The position numbers were made by a program, and so were the translations under genes. 64,000 bases of DNA from Blasia pusilla (Eukaryota), in contig CM114271.1 in the NCBI GenBank assembly GCA_050084515.1, positions 22,940,001-23,004,000 of the forward strand, given 5' to 3'. The notes under the pieces are model-generated. The model searched no databases and was not told the DNA's origin. It saw nothing but the letters and a program-made list of their open reading frames with translations. This document shows, piece after piece, positions 15,001 to 28,100 of this stretch. The first letter of the stretch is position 1. Every line of letters begins with the position of its first letter.

Positions 15001-15252
15001 CACCCCATGGATGGAAACAGAAACTGCGCCCTCTGATTCAACGGGCACAGAAACCGAAACCGAAACCGCTGATTCAGAGGGCACAACTACTGTCTCGATC
15101 AACTTGTTGGTGGCAATCGACTTCTTCGCCCCACGAAGCACCTCTTTCGCATGGTGCTTCAAATTTTCTGCCGACTCTCGCACAATTTCTCCAGCTTCTG
15201 CATCCGAAGACTCACCCACAGCTCTCTTTTCTTTTGCCTGCACCTGTGACAT
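1..15252 (-). CDS. Multi-domain (probably four-domain) voltage-gated cation channel alpha subunit, Cav/Nav superfamily; 3' part outside the window
   Basis: Frame-consistent exon chain: 14311-14035, 13724-13600, 13403-13260, 12485-12378, 12165-12048, 11632-11508, 11298-11193, 7543-7472, 6986-6923, 6738-6635, 6172-5607, 5202-5090, 4356-4208, 3945-3701, 2877-2751, 2549-1611, 213-<1. Upstream exons near 15252-14882, ~14760-14597 and 14460-14405 are less certain. Repeat I: FEAISKILTLGFIRGPHTYLRNSYNTLDLII, S4 LRLATLRVFRALLILRHF, SFDNYAAAFLTLFQILSFEGW, S6 YFLVNIFVAAI. Repeat II: ANYDTFIQAMITWFSVTTAESW, S6 ILNLIIATILE. Repeat III: DLIIKSAAYGFLFTPEAYLGDPYNFVD, S4 RAFRILMAVRPTRLISR. Confidence 0.9.
788..1185. 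repeat. Diverged tandem duplication, 2 x ~199 bp, intronic
   Basis: GAATTTTGGTTCAAAGG at ~892 and ~1091; GAAAGCATGGTCAGAGAT at ~969 and ~1168. Confidence 0.85.
7766..7912. repeat. Diverged tandem duplication, 2 x ~75 bp, intronic
   Basis: TCTTGGG...ACTATTC(T/C)ACAGCTTCTTGCAT occurs twice, 75 bp apart. Confidence 0.8.
8095..10707 (+). mobile_element. Degenerate, internally deleted Ty1/copia LTR retrotransposon in a channel intron, antisense to the host gene
   Basis: Broken RT and RNase H motifs (ERYKSKLVEKGY, KEEVYMEMPEG, GSLMWATVCTRPDISFAVS, WVAVKR..RNLKGT). PPT-like CTTAGTGGGAG at 10561-10571. Similar LTR-like segments at ~8130-8225 and ~10612-10707 share ACCTAGCA and GGTGA(C/T)TCACATGCA...CAGGT(A/G)TCACTT. 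Confidence 0.8.
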
Positions 15253-15444
15253 TTTCGCTCGCCCTTACCTCTAGCCCAGCAGACGACTATCAGAGGTCAA
15301 ATAGCTAAACCCCACTAGCACACGCGGCCCACTTCTCAAACCTACAATCTTGAACAGCACAACACCAAAAATCCGCCCGATAAGAAGCTTCCATACTACC
15401 GGGAGCAACGACTGTAACTTGTGATGGACTGCATCATCCTAAAC

Positions 15445-16400
15445 CCGCACTTTCCAATCCTGGTCCCATTGGACTTCCATGCCTTCTCTTTCCCCCGCCC
15501 TCCATGGGATCGCAGTCTGGGAAGCTCCACGGCTTCAACCTCTCCCTCTATCGCGAATCCCTGTTCCCAGATCTACAAACCCTCGTATCTCCTTTCTTCC
15601 ATCCTTCCTTCCCCAACCCATGCCTCCACGTCGGTCAGACCCCCAAGGAACCGGATTGAAGATGGCTGCAACTTGTGCACTACTACAACTTTATCTTGAG
15701 AAGCCTCGGTTTCGGTCATGTACTCGAGGACAGCTCTTCGGATTTCCTTGCGTCCATCCACCTCCCGGCCCATATCCCTGATTCCTTCAAAGCCTCAGGC
15801 ACCGCATTCTGGGAAACTCCATAGCCTCAGTCTCTCCAGTTACAAAATCTCTGAAATCTACAAGTCCTCGCATTTCCTTGCATCCATCCACCTCCCTGAA
15901 CTTGTCCTCAATTACTTCAATGAGGCCGGCACCGCATTCTGGAAAGCTCCATAGCTTCAACCTCTCTCTCCGTTTCTGGAATCTACAATCCCTCGCTATT
16001 CTCCCATTGCTATCCCATCATCTCGCACCCCATGTCTCCACGTCCTTCAAACCCCAGTCACCACATCCTGAAAATCTCGAGAGCTTCAACCTCTCCATCT
16101 TGTCTTGAATCTAAAATCCCTCGAATTCGACCCATCCATTATCTATTCATATCGCATCCCATGTCTCCACGTCCTTCAAACCCCAAAATCATCGCGTCCT
16201 GGAAAACTCCACATCTTCAATTTCTCCATCTATATGAAATTTACACACCCTCACTTTTCTCCCATTTCATCCATCCACCTCCCAACCCACCCCCGCCACC
16301 GCATTCTAAAAAGCTCTACGGCTTCAACCTCTCCGTACTTTCTTCCGGAACCGCAAACCCTCGCATTCCACTCATCTCCCACCCCCGTCGCCAGTCATTC
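15445..16400. repeat. Degenerate ~130-bp C/T-rich tandem array (about 6 recognisable units) upstream of the channel CDS
   Basis: Core resembling CCGCATTCTGGAAAGCTCCA.AGCTTCAACCTCTCC at ~15511, 15802, 15932, 16061, 16192 and 16299. Confidence 0.75.
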
Positions 16401-18427
16401 TCCATCCCTTCCACTCCACAGCGGTCAGTGTCGCTCAACAGCACCACAACAACTCGGGCTGTGAAGAAATTCCTTTCTGCGCGCTCCGCACTCCCGCATC
16501 TGCGACAGCGACTGCACCCTCAAGATCTTTGCTGCGCTCCATTAGGATTGGCACCAGCACATGGAAGAGCGGTCCGGAGTAGCCAACAAATACTTTATCT
16601 CGATCTCAGGCTGCGCAACGAACGAAATTGTAGGTCGTCAGCAGATGCTGAGACGAAGGAATGTGTAAATAAAACAATTAAAGAAAGAATGAAATGGATC
16701 GATGAGCGAGTGGATTGAGGAATGGATTGACGAAGTAGAGCGAAGATGTACGAATACATGTGTCGTTGGACAGTTACTTGATGAGCAGTACAGTACGACC
16801 CACGAAATTGAAGGCGGTGGTGCGTGCGCACTGATTCTGCGGAATCCAGCGATGGCGATTGCAGGGCTTCCAGTCCCCTCCCTCAACGGATCTGCCCCCG
16901 CCGCCGCTTTCACGAGCATCGGCAGCAGCAGGAGCGGTTGATTTTTCGTCTGCTTCAGCACAGACGTGCACCATAACCAGCGCCTGTAAATAGTTCAATC
17001 GTAAGGCCAATGGTCAAGCAGTTTTCCGGGATTCATTTTCATCGGCTAAAAAGGTTTTCGACCTAAACTCCGGTTGCTTTGCGGTCTATCCAATATTACA
17101 TGGAGGGTTTTTTATTATTATATCTTAAAAAAATTTATTAGTAAAGAATGTCCGAAAAGTTTTTAAGATGAATATATTACACACAAATTTTTTTAAAAAT
17201 TAAATTTTTTTTCAAATCAATAAGGCTCTCTCCCGTAATAATATAGATTATGATCTATATAGATCATAATAAAAAAACTCAAAATTATATTTGTTAGATA
17301 GAGTTAGAAGTGTTCTTCTCGGCACTTGAGGATAGAGTTAGAGGAAACCCTCATGAAGTGTCGAGGGGGACAATTTTAAGATCCTTCTATTGTTGACGCG
17401 TATCATTTTAGGGTAATTAAATTGAGGGAAAATATTTTGCCAGTAGAATGGACGGACGACACGATAAGTTAAAGTTCTCCCTTAATTTGACACATGTGCA
17501 TCTTACGGGAAAATATTAGTATAATAATATCAGCAATAGGGTCAGTAACCAACATCTCTCTATTCGACTCCCGTCTTTTGGGTTGTCTCTAGTTTTAACA
17601 CCTGACCACTCTGATAGTTTAGCTTCATCTCACTAAACTAGATGAGAAGGAAGGTTTCTTTCACCTTTGCAAGACACTAGCACGACTAGTTATCTTAGTT
17701 ATCAATATTCAATCCATGTGTGACTAAAAGATATAATTGTTAACAATTTCAGAATTTATTTTCCAGATGGGATGTTGAAGTGGGAAATTAAAAGGGTTCT
17801 TATTGATGTCAATTATTTTGAGATAAATCAAGTTATGAGGTCCAAATGATAAGAAGATTAGATAACATGAAGAAAAGATCGTGGGTATCTCATTCTAACC
17901 TTTCCTTATAAGAAGCAAGAAAGTCATTTTTTTCCATTAGGTTTGGGGTAGAGCATGTGTTGTAGTTGTGTGGTTGTGTGGTTGTCCAAGGGAGGAAAAA
18001 AAAAAAGGGGGAAGTTAGAAAAAAAATCTGATTATTTTAAAGTAGAAATATTGACTCCATGTTAAGCATTTGGCTAACATTCATTCCACCCAAAAAAAGG
18101 TTTTATGTTTTGTTATTTATGTATGCAGAAGAGGTATTTACAAGTGAAAAATTGTTCCAAACATCTCTCCTCTGACACTTGCTCGCCTTTAGCTAGTAAA
18201 ATAGTTCGCTTTCTGATCCAATAGTTCCATTAAAAATGACACTTGGAAACTTTAAGAGTTAATTATGAGACACAATTTAGACCCTTGGACATCATAATCT
18301 TACATTAGTCACTAATAATTAGACATTTCATCCATTTGAGTAGAACATACTAGTAAAGATTTACTAATGTAAATCATTGTCATGCAAATGATTAAATTAT
18401 CTTCCAAAATAAGAATAAAATTTCAAA

Positions 18428-18605
18428 TCTATATAACTAAAAGAGGATGGGATTTGAGAAATCTTCCTCTGATGTTGACGTGCGCCAAATTTAAGAGAAT
18501 AATTAAATTGAAGGATATCTAAAATAATTTCCCCCCTCATCTATATAATTAAAAGAGGATGGGTTTTGAGGACCACTTCCTCTAGTGTTGACATGTGTAA
18601 ATTTT
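18428..18605 (+). mobile_element. Two tandem Helitron-like 5' termini
   Basis: A|TCTATATAA(C/T)TAAAAGAGGATGGG...TTCCTCT...TGTTGAC at 18428 and 18540. A TC start after A followed by an AT-rich run is typical of plant Helitron 5' ends. Confidence 0.5.
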
Positions 18606-18793
18606 TCCCTCCTCCGATGACGACACGTGTAACAAGAATGGGGCCCCTCGCCAATGCAGAATAGATAATTTGGATTGAAATAAGATAAATGGACGTACAC
18701 ACCATGGAAAGCTAGCTCGATCGGCGCAATGCAGTAAGCAATAGTAAAAGTGGATATGGGATATAAAATGTAAAAGTGCATTACAGTTGATAA

Positions 18794-21096
18794 CTAGATA
18801 TTTTGATCTTCTTGCAGCGCAATATCTTTTATACGGGCCCTCATGTGCCATGTGAGTATTTGCTGTGAATATGAAGTAGCATGAAGCTGTTGTGTTTTTA
18901 TTGATTGTAAGGCATAATGGTAAGCTGCCCTTTGGGTAGCTCGCAAAGCAAAATTGAGTATGGTAATGTTGTGAAGACGTACATATTGAAAAAGGTATTG
19001 GTGATCAAATAAAAGATGCATGTAACATGTGAATGCATTTATGCACTCAGAGGGATGAACTCTAGCATTTACACCAAAGAAATAGATTGATTATAAGGAT
19101 AAAGTATAATCTTCAAAATAAGAGAGTCGGAAGCAAGTGATGCTAAGAAAAAAAAAGAAGTGCATATAGTGAGCCAGAATAGAGCTTGAAGATTGCAAAT
19201 AGCGAGAAAAATTGCAAGTGGGCCGAAATGTAACATGCGTGGAAACTGCAACATGTGGAACTAATAAAGTCTGACATTGAACAACTAAAGTGATCAAGTT
19301 TGTAGCTAGTTCAGATATATGGAACTAAGTGGTTTTAAGTGGGAACACCCACTCACACACAAATTCTTTAGATCCACAAGCCTATGTAAATCTACATCAC
19401 AGCCATATTTATGATTCTGAATACAATAAGTCTCAAGTGAAACTATGTCATCCAACATAGCTTTACTTCGCTGTTGAAAAAATAAGGCTTGCTGAGTATT
19501 GTAGCTTTTGTCCTCGGCGACGGATCCCATCCATGTTCGTAGAATATCATTCTGATATTCACTTTCATCAAGAAGATCTTGGATTATGCCGATATTTGTA
19601 AGCGATGCATCGAACAAAGAAATTGGAACAATATCGTTGCAATAGATTGGGTCTCCCATCTTTGGAAGTTCAATCTCGGTGCTATGAGAATGGCACCTCC
19701 TTCTTGTTCTCTTATGTTGCACCGCCCTTCGTGAGCAAGGAGTGTGGTAAGGATCACTTCCATGATATGAAGAGACGTCCTGAAACAACTACCACAATAG
19801 ATTTCCAGATATCACATGTTTCATCAATGAAAATTGTCATTTTCAACCTGTGAAGTGCTAGGTGCAACTATGCATAGTTATTTGACAAGCTACTGAATAA
19901 AGATTGAAAAAGGTAAAATAAATTCATATAGTGAATAAGATTGAATTTACAACAACAAGCGTGAAGCTTAGGAGTGGAAATGTCAGCCACCATTGACAAA
20001 ATGAGTTAACCATAAAGTAGGGAAGATAGACATTTTGACATAGGCAAACTTGAGTTAAAAACACATGAAGCAAAGGTAAAATTGCGATGCATGAAGCGGT
20101 TATAGTTGGGGTAATATGCTGCCAAATAGTTCAGCTGAAAAGTACAAGCCATAGTTGAATTTTGAAAAGTAACTATGTGCACTGTAGATGGAGTAATCAA
20201 AATATCACATTAGTGTGAATAGGGAAAGTCTATTTGCTATATGACGACAGGTCCAGTAGCAAATGTAACATAGTGTGTAAGTAGCAACGATAGCCATCAT
20301 GGTGTAATTGCTATGTTTTTGGAGCATGCATTTTCCCTGGCACATGAAGAACACATAACGTTGGATCAAATAAGGAAAAAGGCTGGACAAAAAAGACTTG
20401 TCTGAATGTTACAATGGAAAAAAATGACCACTTTCTTATAAACAGGACAGGAAACTTACCATCATCAAACACATTTTCTTTTGTTTGGCAATTCTGGCAG
20501 CAATGGTCCCTAGTAGGGTGTTGCGTTGTTGTACATCTGTGAAGCGTGGAATCGTTGAGTGTGTGGTACGTCTTGGCTGGAACCTGGTGTGTCTGAGTAG
20601 GTATTGGGAACTCTACCACCATCTGCTGCTTTAGCAACAAGTGTACACCCTTCTTTGGCGATCTTCATGCGCTCCAGCCGGTGTGCGGCTTTTGTAGCTG
20701 ATAAATTTTCAACATGCTGATTGGTAGTTTCATTATCATGCGTAGTTCATGGAACTAATTAGGCTTAATGCCACCAGTTAGCCTAGAGTAATGTATAGCG
20801 GCTTGCTGACTCATTGTATTGAATATTCTTGTAGTCCATGACTTCTTTTTGAACTCTTGGCATAGATATCAATACAACAAGCACATTAGAGGTGAAGAAA
20901 AGAACTATCATTATCCTATTGATAAGAATTAATATTCGACACATTTCATGCATGGGAGTGAAAAGATTAATCCTCCCTACAAAACTTCAAAATTCCTTTC
21001 TTGATGTCCATAATATAAATTTGTTTTCTCGATTATTGAAAAACATTTTCTGGAAAGGATACTTGAAAAGAAAAAGAGCACTTGTAGTAATATAGA
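18794..21096 (-). mobile_element. Possible non-autonomous Helitron carrying decayed ORF fragments
   Basis: Minus-strand A|TCTATATTACTACAAG begins at 21096. A candidate CTAG|T end at 18794 has only a weak hairpin. Includes a 160-aa ORF (19306-19788) that I do not recognise. Confidence 0.3.
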
Positions 21097-21311
21097 TGCG
21101 AAAAACTACAGTTTTGATGCGCGTGGCGAACAAGAGCGTGGAAGATGCGCTGATGGAAGAGGAGAGGTGATGGGGTTGTCCGAGAGTCGAGCGAGCGATG
21201 AAGGGAGGAACAGGAGCAGAGGCAACGATGTCGTCGTCGTGGGTGTGGAGGTAGTAGAGCTCTGGTTGCCGCCGCCGTTGCTGTGTGGTGTGGTGAGAGC
21301 GGAGGCGAAAC

Positions 21312-24300
21312 ATGCTGTACATTGTGGGGCTGGGTTTGGGTGACGAGCGGGACATCACTCTGCGAGGCCTGGATGCTGTGAGGAAATGCGAGCGGGTGTA
21401 TCTGGAAGCTTACACGTCTCTGTTGGCATTGGGTCTGGGTGCTTCCGCCACCACCACTCTGGTAAGTGACTGACTCGCCACTGCCGTCGTTAGCTACTCG
21501 TCTTGCTTGCTGCGCTTGCAATCGGGGACCGGAGTTGTCGTTTCTCTGGAATTCGTGCTGCGATTCCCGATGTGCAGGTGATTCTCAGCGGCGCCATCGC
21601 TCTTGACTGACCGCCTCGCCGACCGAGCCTTGTGCCTGCAGGAGAAGCTCTATGGACGACCCGTGGTGGTGGCCGATCGTGAAATGGTGGAGCAGATGGC
21701 AGAGCGCATTTTGGAGGAAGCGCTAGTCAGTGATGTTGCGTTTCTTGTCGTGGGGGATCCTTTCGGGTCAGTACAGAGTCGAGTTCGTCTTTCTAGTCCA
21801 GCAGGAGCCTAAAATATAAGCCCATGGGATCTCTTCTATGTGTGATAATTGCGTCGCACTCGAGAGGCACCTTCACATCCAGATTACGAGCATTTCTGCT
21901 TCGGGTGAAGAGTTCATTGGAAGGAAGTACCATGTGAGAGGACGGAGACTCTCATACGGTGTGAATGCACACCGCACAGAGTGTCGGTGCGGACCTTCCC
22001 AGTGCCAATCAAGAAGCTCTTTACAACTCTATCTACCCTGCCTGACTGGGATCCCCAGCACACGTTACTTACCAGTGGAGCAGCTTTTGGCAGTGAGTCT
22101 AGGTTACCATATGTGTTAAAACAGTTTTGGTGTTACCAGCTTAGCAATGTAAGCAGTGGATTTGGCTGTTTGTGCTCTGAATTTTGCACAGATGACCAGG
22201 TTGTGACTAGAGGTTCCGTCCTCATCATTACTCAATATGCAGGACTTTAGTTGTGTTCCCATCGTGCCTTTTTGAGGTTCAAGAGGATTGCCCCTGTCCT
22301 GAACTTGAACTTAAGCTGGGCTCCCAAACAAGCCTTCCTCTCAAATAGTTTCTCAGTTCTGCTTGTTCACGATATGCAGTTGAGAGGCACATGATTTTAA
22401 GGGTTGAGCACACTTGTAGATTTGACCATGCCGGTGATGATTATTGCTTCGGTTACTGAGCTCACCCTCTTATCACTCGTTTCCACAGAGCGACGACACA
22501 CTCAGATCTGCTGGTTCGAGCCAAATCAATAGGAGTGAAGGTGGAAGTAATTCACAATGCTTCTGTGATGAATGCAGTAGGGGCTTGTGGCTTGCAACTT
22601 TACCGGTTTGGTGAGGCAATATCCATCCCTTTCTTCACAGAGACATGGAGGCCTGACAGTTTTTATGATAAGATCAAGTCAAATCGCTCCATGGGCCTGC
22701 ACACGTTGTGCCTTCTCGGTAATGTCCCTCTTCTCTTCCCGTGGTTGTTCTTGAATTTTAGTGAATATCTTTCCACTCTGCAGACTGGGAGATCTTTCTG
22801 TTGAGATGGGAGTGATGCATCGGTGAGTTTGGAGATGACAAAAGAATCACTCTGAACGTCTTGCATTCAATATCAGAGAAGGTTTCCCCTCTCCCTGTTA
22901 TACAGCTGCTTACAGCCTACTTCTATTGGACTCTTTGATCCTCCGGTCCCTTCCTCCAGCCTCCCTCTCTCCCTCCGTCCCTGCACCTCGATCGGTAGCC
23001 TTTTCTCTCATGTCAATTTGCGGAGGGATATTACAGAATAGGGTGCCATGACCTGTTGGGAGAAATCTTTTTCGGTGAAACCTGGCAGATGTGGTACAAC
23101 GTGCAGGTGATGGGGCACTGGGCCATTTGAAAAAAACTTACTTCACATGTGCTTGGGATTAGAGCCGTTACTTGGACAACATTTGCAGTGAATGTCCAGT
23201 GAAGCGCTCTGGTTTCATTAAATGAAATCAAGAGGAGCTTACTTTCCAACAATGCAGGAGGCTATGGAAGATGAACCACGAAGAGACCTCTCACATTATC
23301 TTGGACTTGACTTGGAGTCAGCAGCTCGAGTAAACAGCTTTGGTGGGAAGCTGTCCAATAGACTTCATTCCCAAACCTTCTTTCAGGAAATAATAACGGA
23401 GCCAGTGATGGGTCAGGGGCACAATTATGAAAGTGAAGCACTGCTGTCCAGGTTGTGTTGATGAGAAGAAAATAACTTAGATGAGAAAGCTCCCTGAAGG
23501 GGAAGTTTAGTCGGTCAAGAGGTTGTGTGTCCTGTGGATAGAATCTCTTACATTTCTTCGTCCTATCGTAACAGAGATGCAATTTATCAAACCTTGCTAT
23601 ATCAGATAGCTGGTCTTTCAAACATATAACATGGTATCTGGATACTGACTAATGTATTGATGGTGTTTCTGCATTACGCTCACAGTTTGACTTCTTATCC
23701 ACGCACGAAGAATTAGATTTGCACGATGTGGAGATTGTTACACCAATGACATGGGGCGCATTTGTGGTTGTGGACCTACCAGACATTCGAGTGAAGGAAC
23801 CCTCCGTCGAAGCTTTGTGTAGGTGAGAAACTGAAGTTCACTGAAAAGATATTGTGGTATCTGCTCAGCACAACCCACTGCTTTCATTGTAAGTTCCTTC
23901 GAGGAGCATGTTCATGGTGCTTGCTTGGTGATGGAGTATTTGCACATGTCCCCTTCTGTTTTCTTTCGCGAAGTACATTTAGCTTCATGGGACACTGTTA
24001 AATTCTATTGTTGTCATGTTTCAAGTCCTGCATGATGTGCTCTACGCAAGTGCTGGAGTCATGGTAATCTCAAAGTGCCATGGTGCGCTGGAGAATGATT
24101 ATTTTGTTCTGTACTTATCTTACACTCAATCCTGAAACCGAGTTCTTTTCTCAAGGTGTTTGACGATCGCATCATAATATGGGATGGCAAACAGAGAAAA
24201 GTCAACAACCTAAGTGTTCCCTTGACAATTATAAATCGCAGTGTTGAGTCAAATTAGAGGCTGGGGTGAAAATAAAATTGAAATTAAGCTGTGAATAAAA

Positions 24301-25110
24301 CTTGGTGCGATCCAGGTTCCCCCTTGTCAAATGTCTGAACTTGTTGCTGGTAAACCTAACAGGGGAAGGAAAGAATATGAGCCTCCCCGCTACATGTCAG
24401 TGAACACGGCTGTAGAGCAGCTCATCGAAATTGAAGAATCGCGACAGGAGAATGGTGAGTTGTAATTTTTTGTTGTACACTTGCTCTTAATGTTGTTTTT
24501 AGCCTCTGTATAGATATCCACAGCTGAGTATCCAGCAACACCAGCAAAAGTATGTCATAGTGAATGTATCAGGAGCAGATCTAGCAGCTCTGCTGTTCCT
24601 TGTTTGTAAATTCGTGCGGCAAGGATGTATGTCATGCTCCATGTTGGAGTCCAAACTTAGTGTGTGAGGTTACAGCTGGATTGCGAGCCCTTGTCACAGG
24701 GGTTAGTGGGCAAACAATCCGTCATAGTTTGTCATCGTCTGTAGATGAGAAAGAAGGCTTCTGAAGCTTACAAGTTCTTCATGTACACTCTAAGCCCATT
24801 TTTAGAAATTGGTGTTATTATTCCCCATGGAGCATTGACACACAGAGAGTATTGATCAAAAGGCGTAGAAGTTTCTTGCATGAAGTACAAGCTAATTTTG
24901 ACAGATTTTATGGGAACTGCAGCGTACACTGAGAGCACAATGGCAGTGGGAATTGCAAGACTAGGATCTCCAGATCAACTAATTGTAGCTGGGCACTTGA
25001 AGGATCTGCTGGAGGTGGACTTTGGGCCCCCATTGCACTGCTTGATTATCACAGGAACAACACACGTTATGGAAGAAGAGATGCTGAATTTTTTCAAAGT
25101 TCAAAAGTAG
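21312..25110 (+). CDS. DPH5: Diphthine methyl ester synthase (diphthamide biosynthesis methyltransferase)
   Basis: Exons 21312-21461, 21642-21766, 22489-22718, 23783-23822, 24363-24454, 24923-25110, all GT-AG and in frame. Motifs [94 protein letters not shown]. Confidence 0.97.
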
Positions 25111-28100
25111 TTATTCTGTTTGCGGTACAGCTGCCACAATCTGGCTAGATTTTGATCTGAGTAAAGTTTGAAATTCGATTCGGAATATGATCTAAGGTTT
25201 ATCTACTCATGTGTGTTTGAGCTAAGCTTGTGGGTATGTTGGCAATTGTGTGAAGTCCAGCATGTGGTTGTTTTGGCCTCTACATACCTTGCGGTTTCAG
25301 TTCTCTTCAAATCGCCTATCCACTTAGTTCCCACCCACCATTTTCCATTTAGGATCTCTTAACGCATGTGTGTGATTTTCTTCCCCTATTCAAGTAGCCG
25401 CACACTGGTTGAGTGAAAACAAGCAAGTCGCAATAAACCCCACGAATTGAAGACTCGTTTGAGTCTGTAGGATTTTTGTAGTGATTGTTTCGTATCTTAC
25501 TATCACCAATCTAATATGGCGAGAACTTCAGCCTTCCCAAGCATCCCAAAGGCATGCCTTTGAAAGAGGAAATACAAAGTCCCAGATTTTAGTTGAGCAA
25601 GTTTTATTATATGCTATTTGTGTGTTAGTCTCCATTTGTGGACCGGATAAGAACGCCTTCCTTTTCCTACATTGTATGGTTATTGATATAGGAGGATTAC
25701 AATGATTGGGAAGATTGTCCCATAGTTGAAATTCTAATGTATGAAGATGGCTGGGTAGTTGTGAAATGGGAGAAGGGAGCTTGGAGAAGAAGACCAAACA
25801 ACATTGGAACAATATAAATGACAAAGGTATAACCACCATCCCCTTTAGCTGATGTTGACATTTCAGCAGGAAGGAAATAATTGTGATAATCTAGGGTTGA
25901 AGAGGTAGGGTTGAAGTGGTAATCACTTCAACCCTAGATGTATGGAAGCAACAATGAACAATGCATGTAAAATTCATGTTTCAAGACAAATTCCACCCAT
26001 GAGGGAAAGAGGGTCATGGGGAAGAACCTCACTTCCTATTGTGCAAATATACTCTTGGTATTCACCAAATGCCTCTCCGATGAATGTATGACATACCTTA
26101 TTGTGCACACCATAAACTCAAGTATTAAAGAGTCCATAGACATCCAAGAAACTCAAACTTAGATGAGGTATATTAAAGAGATAATAGACATACAAGAGTC
26201 TCAAAGCTCAATGGGGAAAATTGAGGCCTCACGCAAAACCGAGTAGAAATGGGATTACAAAGATTGAAAACATGGATGGGAATATTATACACTTTGCTCC
26301 TAATAGAAGATAAATAAAGTTAGGAAAGTACATTGTAAAAAGATCACCATTGAAATTGACATGCCTCAAATCCAACCATGGAGTGTTTTGAGTTTATCAA
26401 ATAATATTCTTATTCCATGATAGTCCTTAAACGAGGAATCTCCAACATATCCATATAAAAAAGAAAAAAGGGCACTATTCCATCCAAAATAAAAAGGAAA
26501 TAGAAAATAAATGCACCCACTTAATCAAACAAGAGAAGGAGAAGGAAGAACTCCATATCAAGTAAATCCAAAACCAAACTCTACCCAAACAAAACATCAA
26601 AACTCCCACTAAGTCCAAAAGTACAAAACAAAGCCCCCTTATCTATTATTAAGATAGGACAACTTCTCGATTTTTGAACCTCACATGGTCAACATATGTC
26701 TTCTCAAGCTTGAAGGACAAAGAAGAAATCTCAATCCAATATACAAGCATAGGGATATATTACCATCAAATAAAATCCATCAATAACTCACAAAAATACC
26801 AAAATCAACCAAAACCACACTTCTCATCCAAACGAGGAATCCAACATAAAAAAATTATGCAAGAGTACCATTCATATCTATCCAAGATCACACTTCGTCC
26901 ACAATCAAGAACTATCCAACACCCCTTCCACTCCACTACCCAACCACATCCAAAACCATTCTTAACATCCATCCAAGTCCCAACACTACACTCTATCCAT
27001 TTTCTAAGAACAAACTATTAACTTATTAAATAAGAGATATGTGCAAACATATACTTCTATATGAAACACACAATTATTAGCAAGTTTGATGCTACTAATA
27101 TTGTCTGCATATATTACACTAGGTCATAAGTTACTAACACCAATCTCAACAAGTAATCGATGAAGCCACACCTCCTCACATGTTGCATTGCTTGCTCCTC
27201 TGTACTCAGCCTCAGTCGAAGATAAAATAACTATAGGTTGCTTCTTTAAAGCCCAACTCATAGCTACCCTTCCCAAAGTAAATGAATAACCATATGTGGA
27301 GTGTCGATTAGACACGCTTCCTGCCCAATTAGCATATGTGAATCCCCGTAATTGAAAACTCGGAGAAGGTTCAAATTAAAGCCCGAATTGAATACAGAAT
27401 TTTACATATCGTATAACCCTACTCACAACATCAAGGTGAGGTTTTCGAGGTGCTTGCATAAACTGGCTCACTAGGCCAACAACATAGCTCAAATCTGGTA
27501 TGGTTATAGTTAGATAGATCAAACTTCCAACCATGCATGTGTACATATTAGAATCTGCAAGCAACTCTCCTTCATTCACTCTTAGCTTCACACTCTGGTC
27601 CAACGGTGTAGAGATTGGCTTACAAGCTGTCATACCATATTTCGAAAGCATATGAAGGGCATATTGTCGTTGCAGTAATCACATGCTCTCTCCAACCTTG
27701 ATAAACTCAATACCGAGGAAGTACTTGAGTTCTCCCAAGTCCTTCATAGCAAATTGTGCTTGTAACTTAAGCTTGACTTGTTGTACCATTTCTTCCGTAC
27801 TCTCAATAATCAGGAGATTTTCAACATACAACATAATGAGAACCTTATGATCTTGCCCTCTAAAGACATATAACGAGGAGTCAGACTCACATACCCTTAA
27901 ACCCAACTCTTGTAGGTTGTATGTAATCTTGCCATACCAACCTCTTGGAGCTTGTTTGAGCCCGTATAGAGATTTCTTCAACCTGCCTCCGCGAAATGGA
28001 AACTTGGGATGCTTGTATCCAAGTGGTTGAGTCATATATACCTCCTTGTATAGATCTCCAGTCAAGAAGGCATTCTTGATATCCATGTGATGTAATCTCC

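Noticed and set aside
15445-16400. CRISPR-like repeat-spacer array
   Set aside because: Eukaryotic context, degenerate repeats, intervening sequences related to each other, and no cas genes.
16930-17080. MYB/DUO1-type CGGTT motifs upstream of the channel
   Set aside because: Too short to distinguish from chance, and the TSS is unknown.
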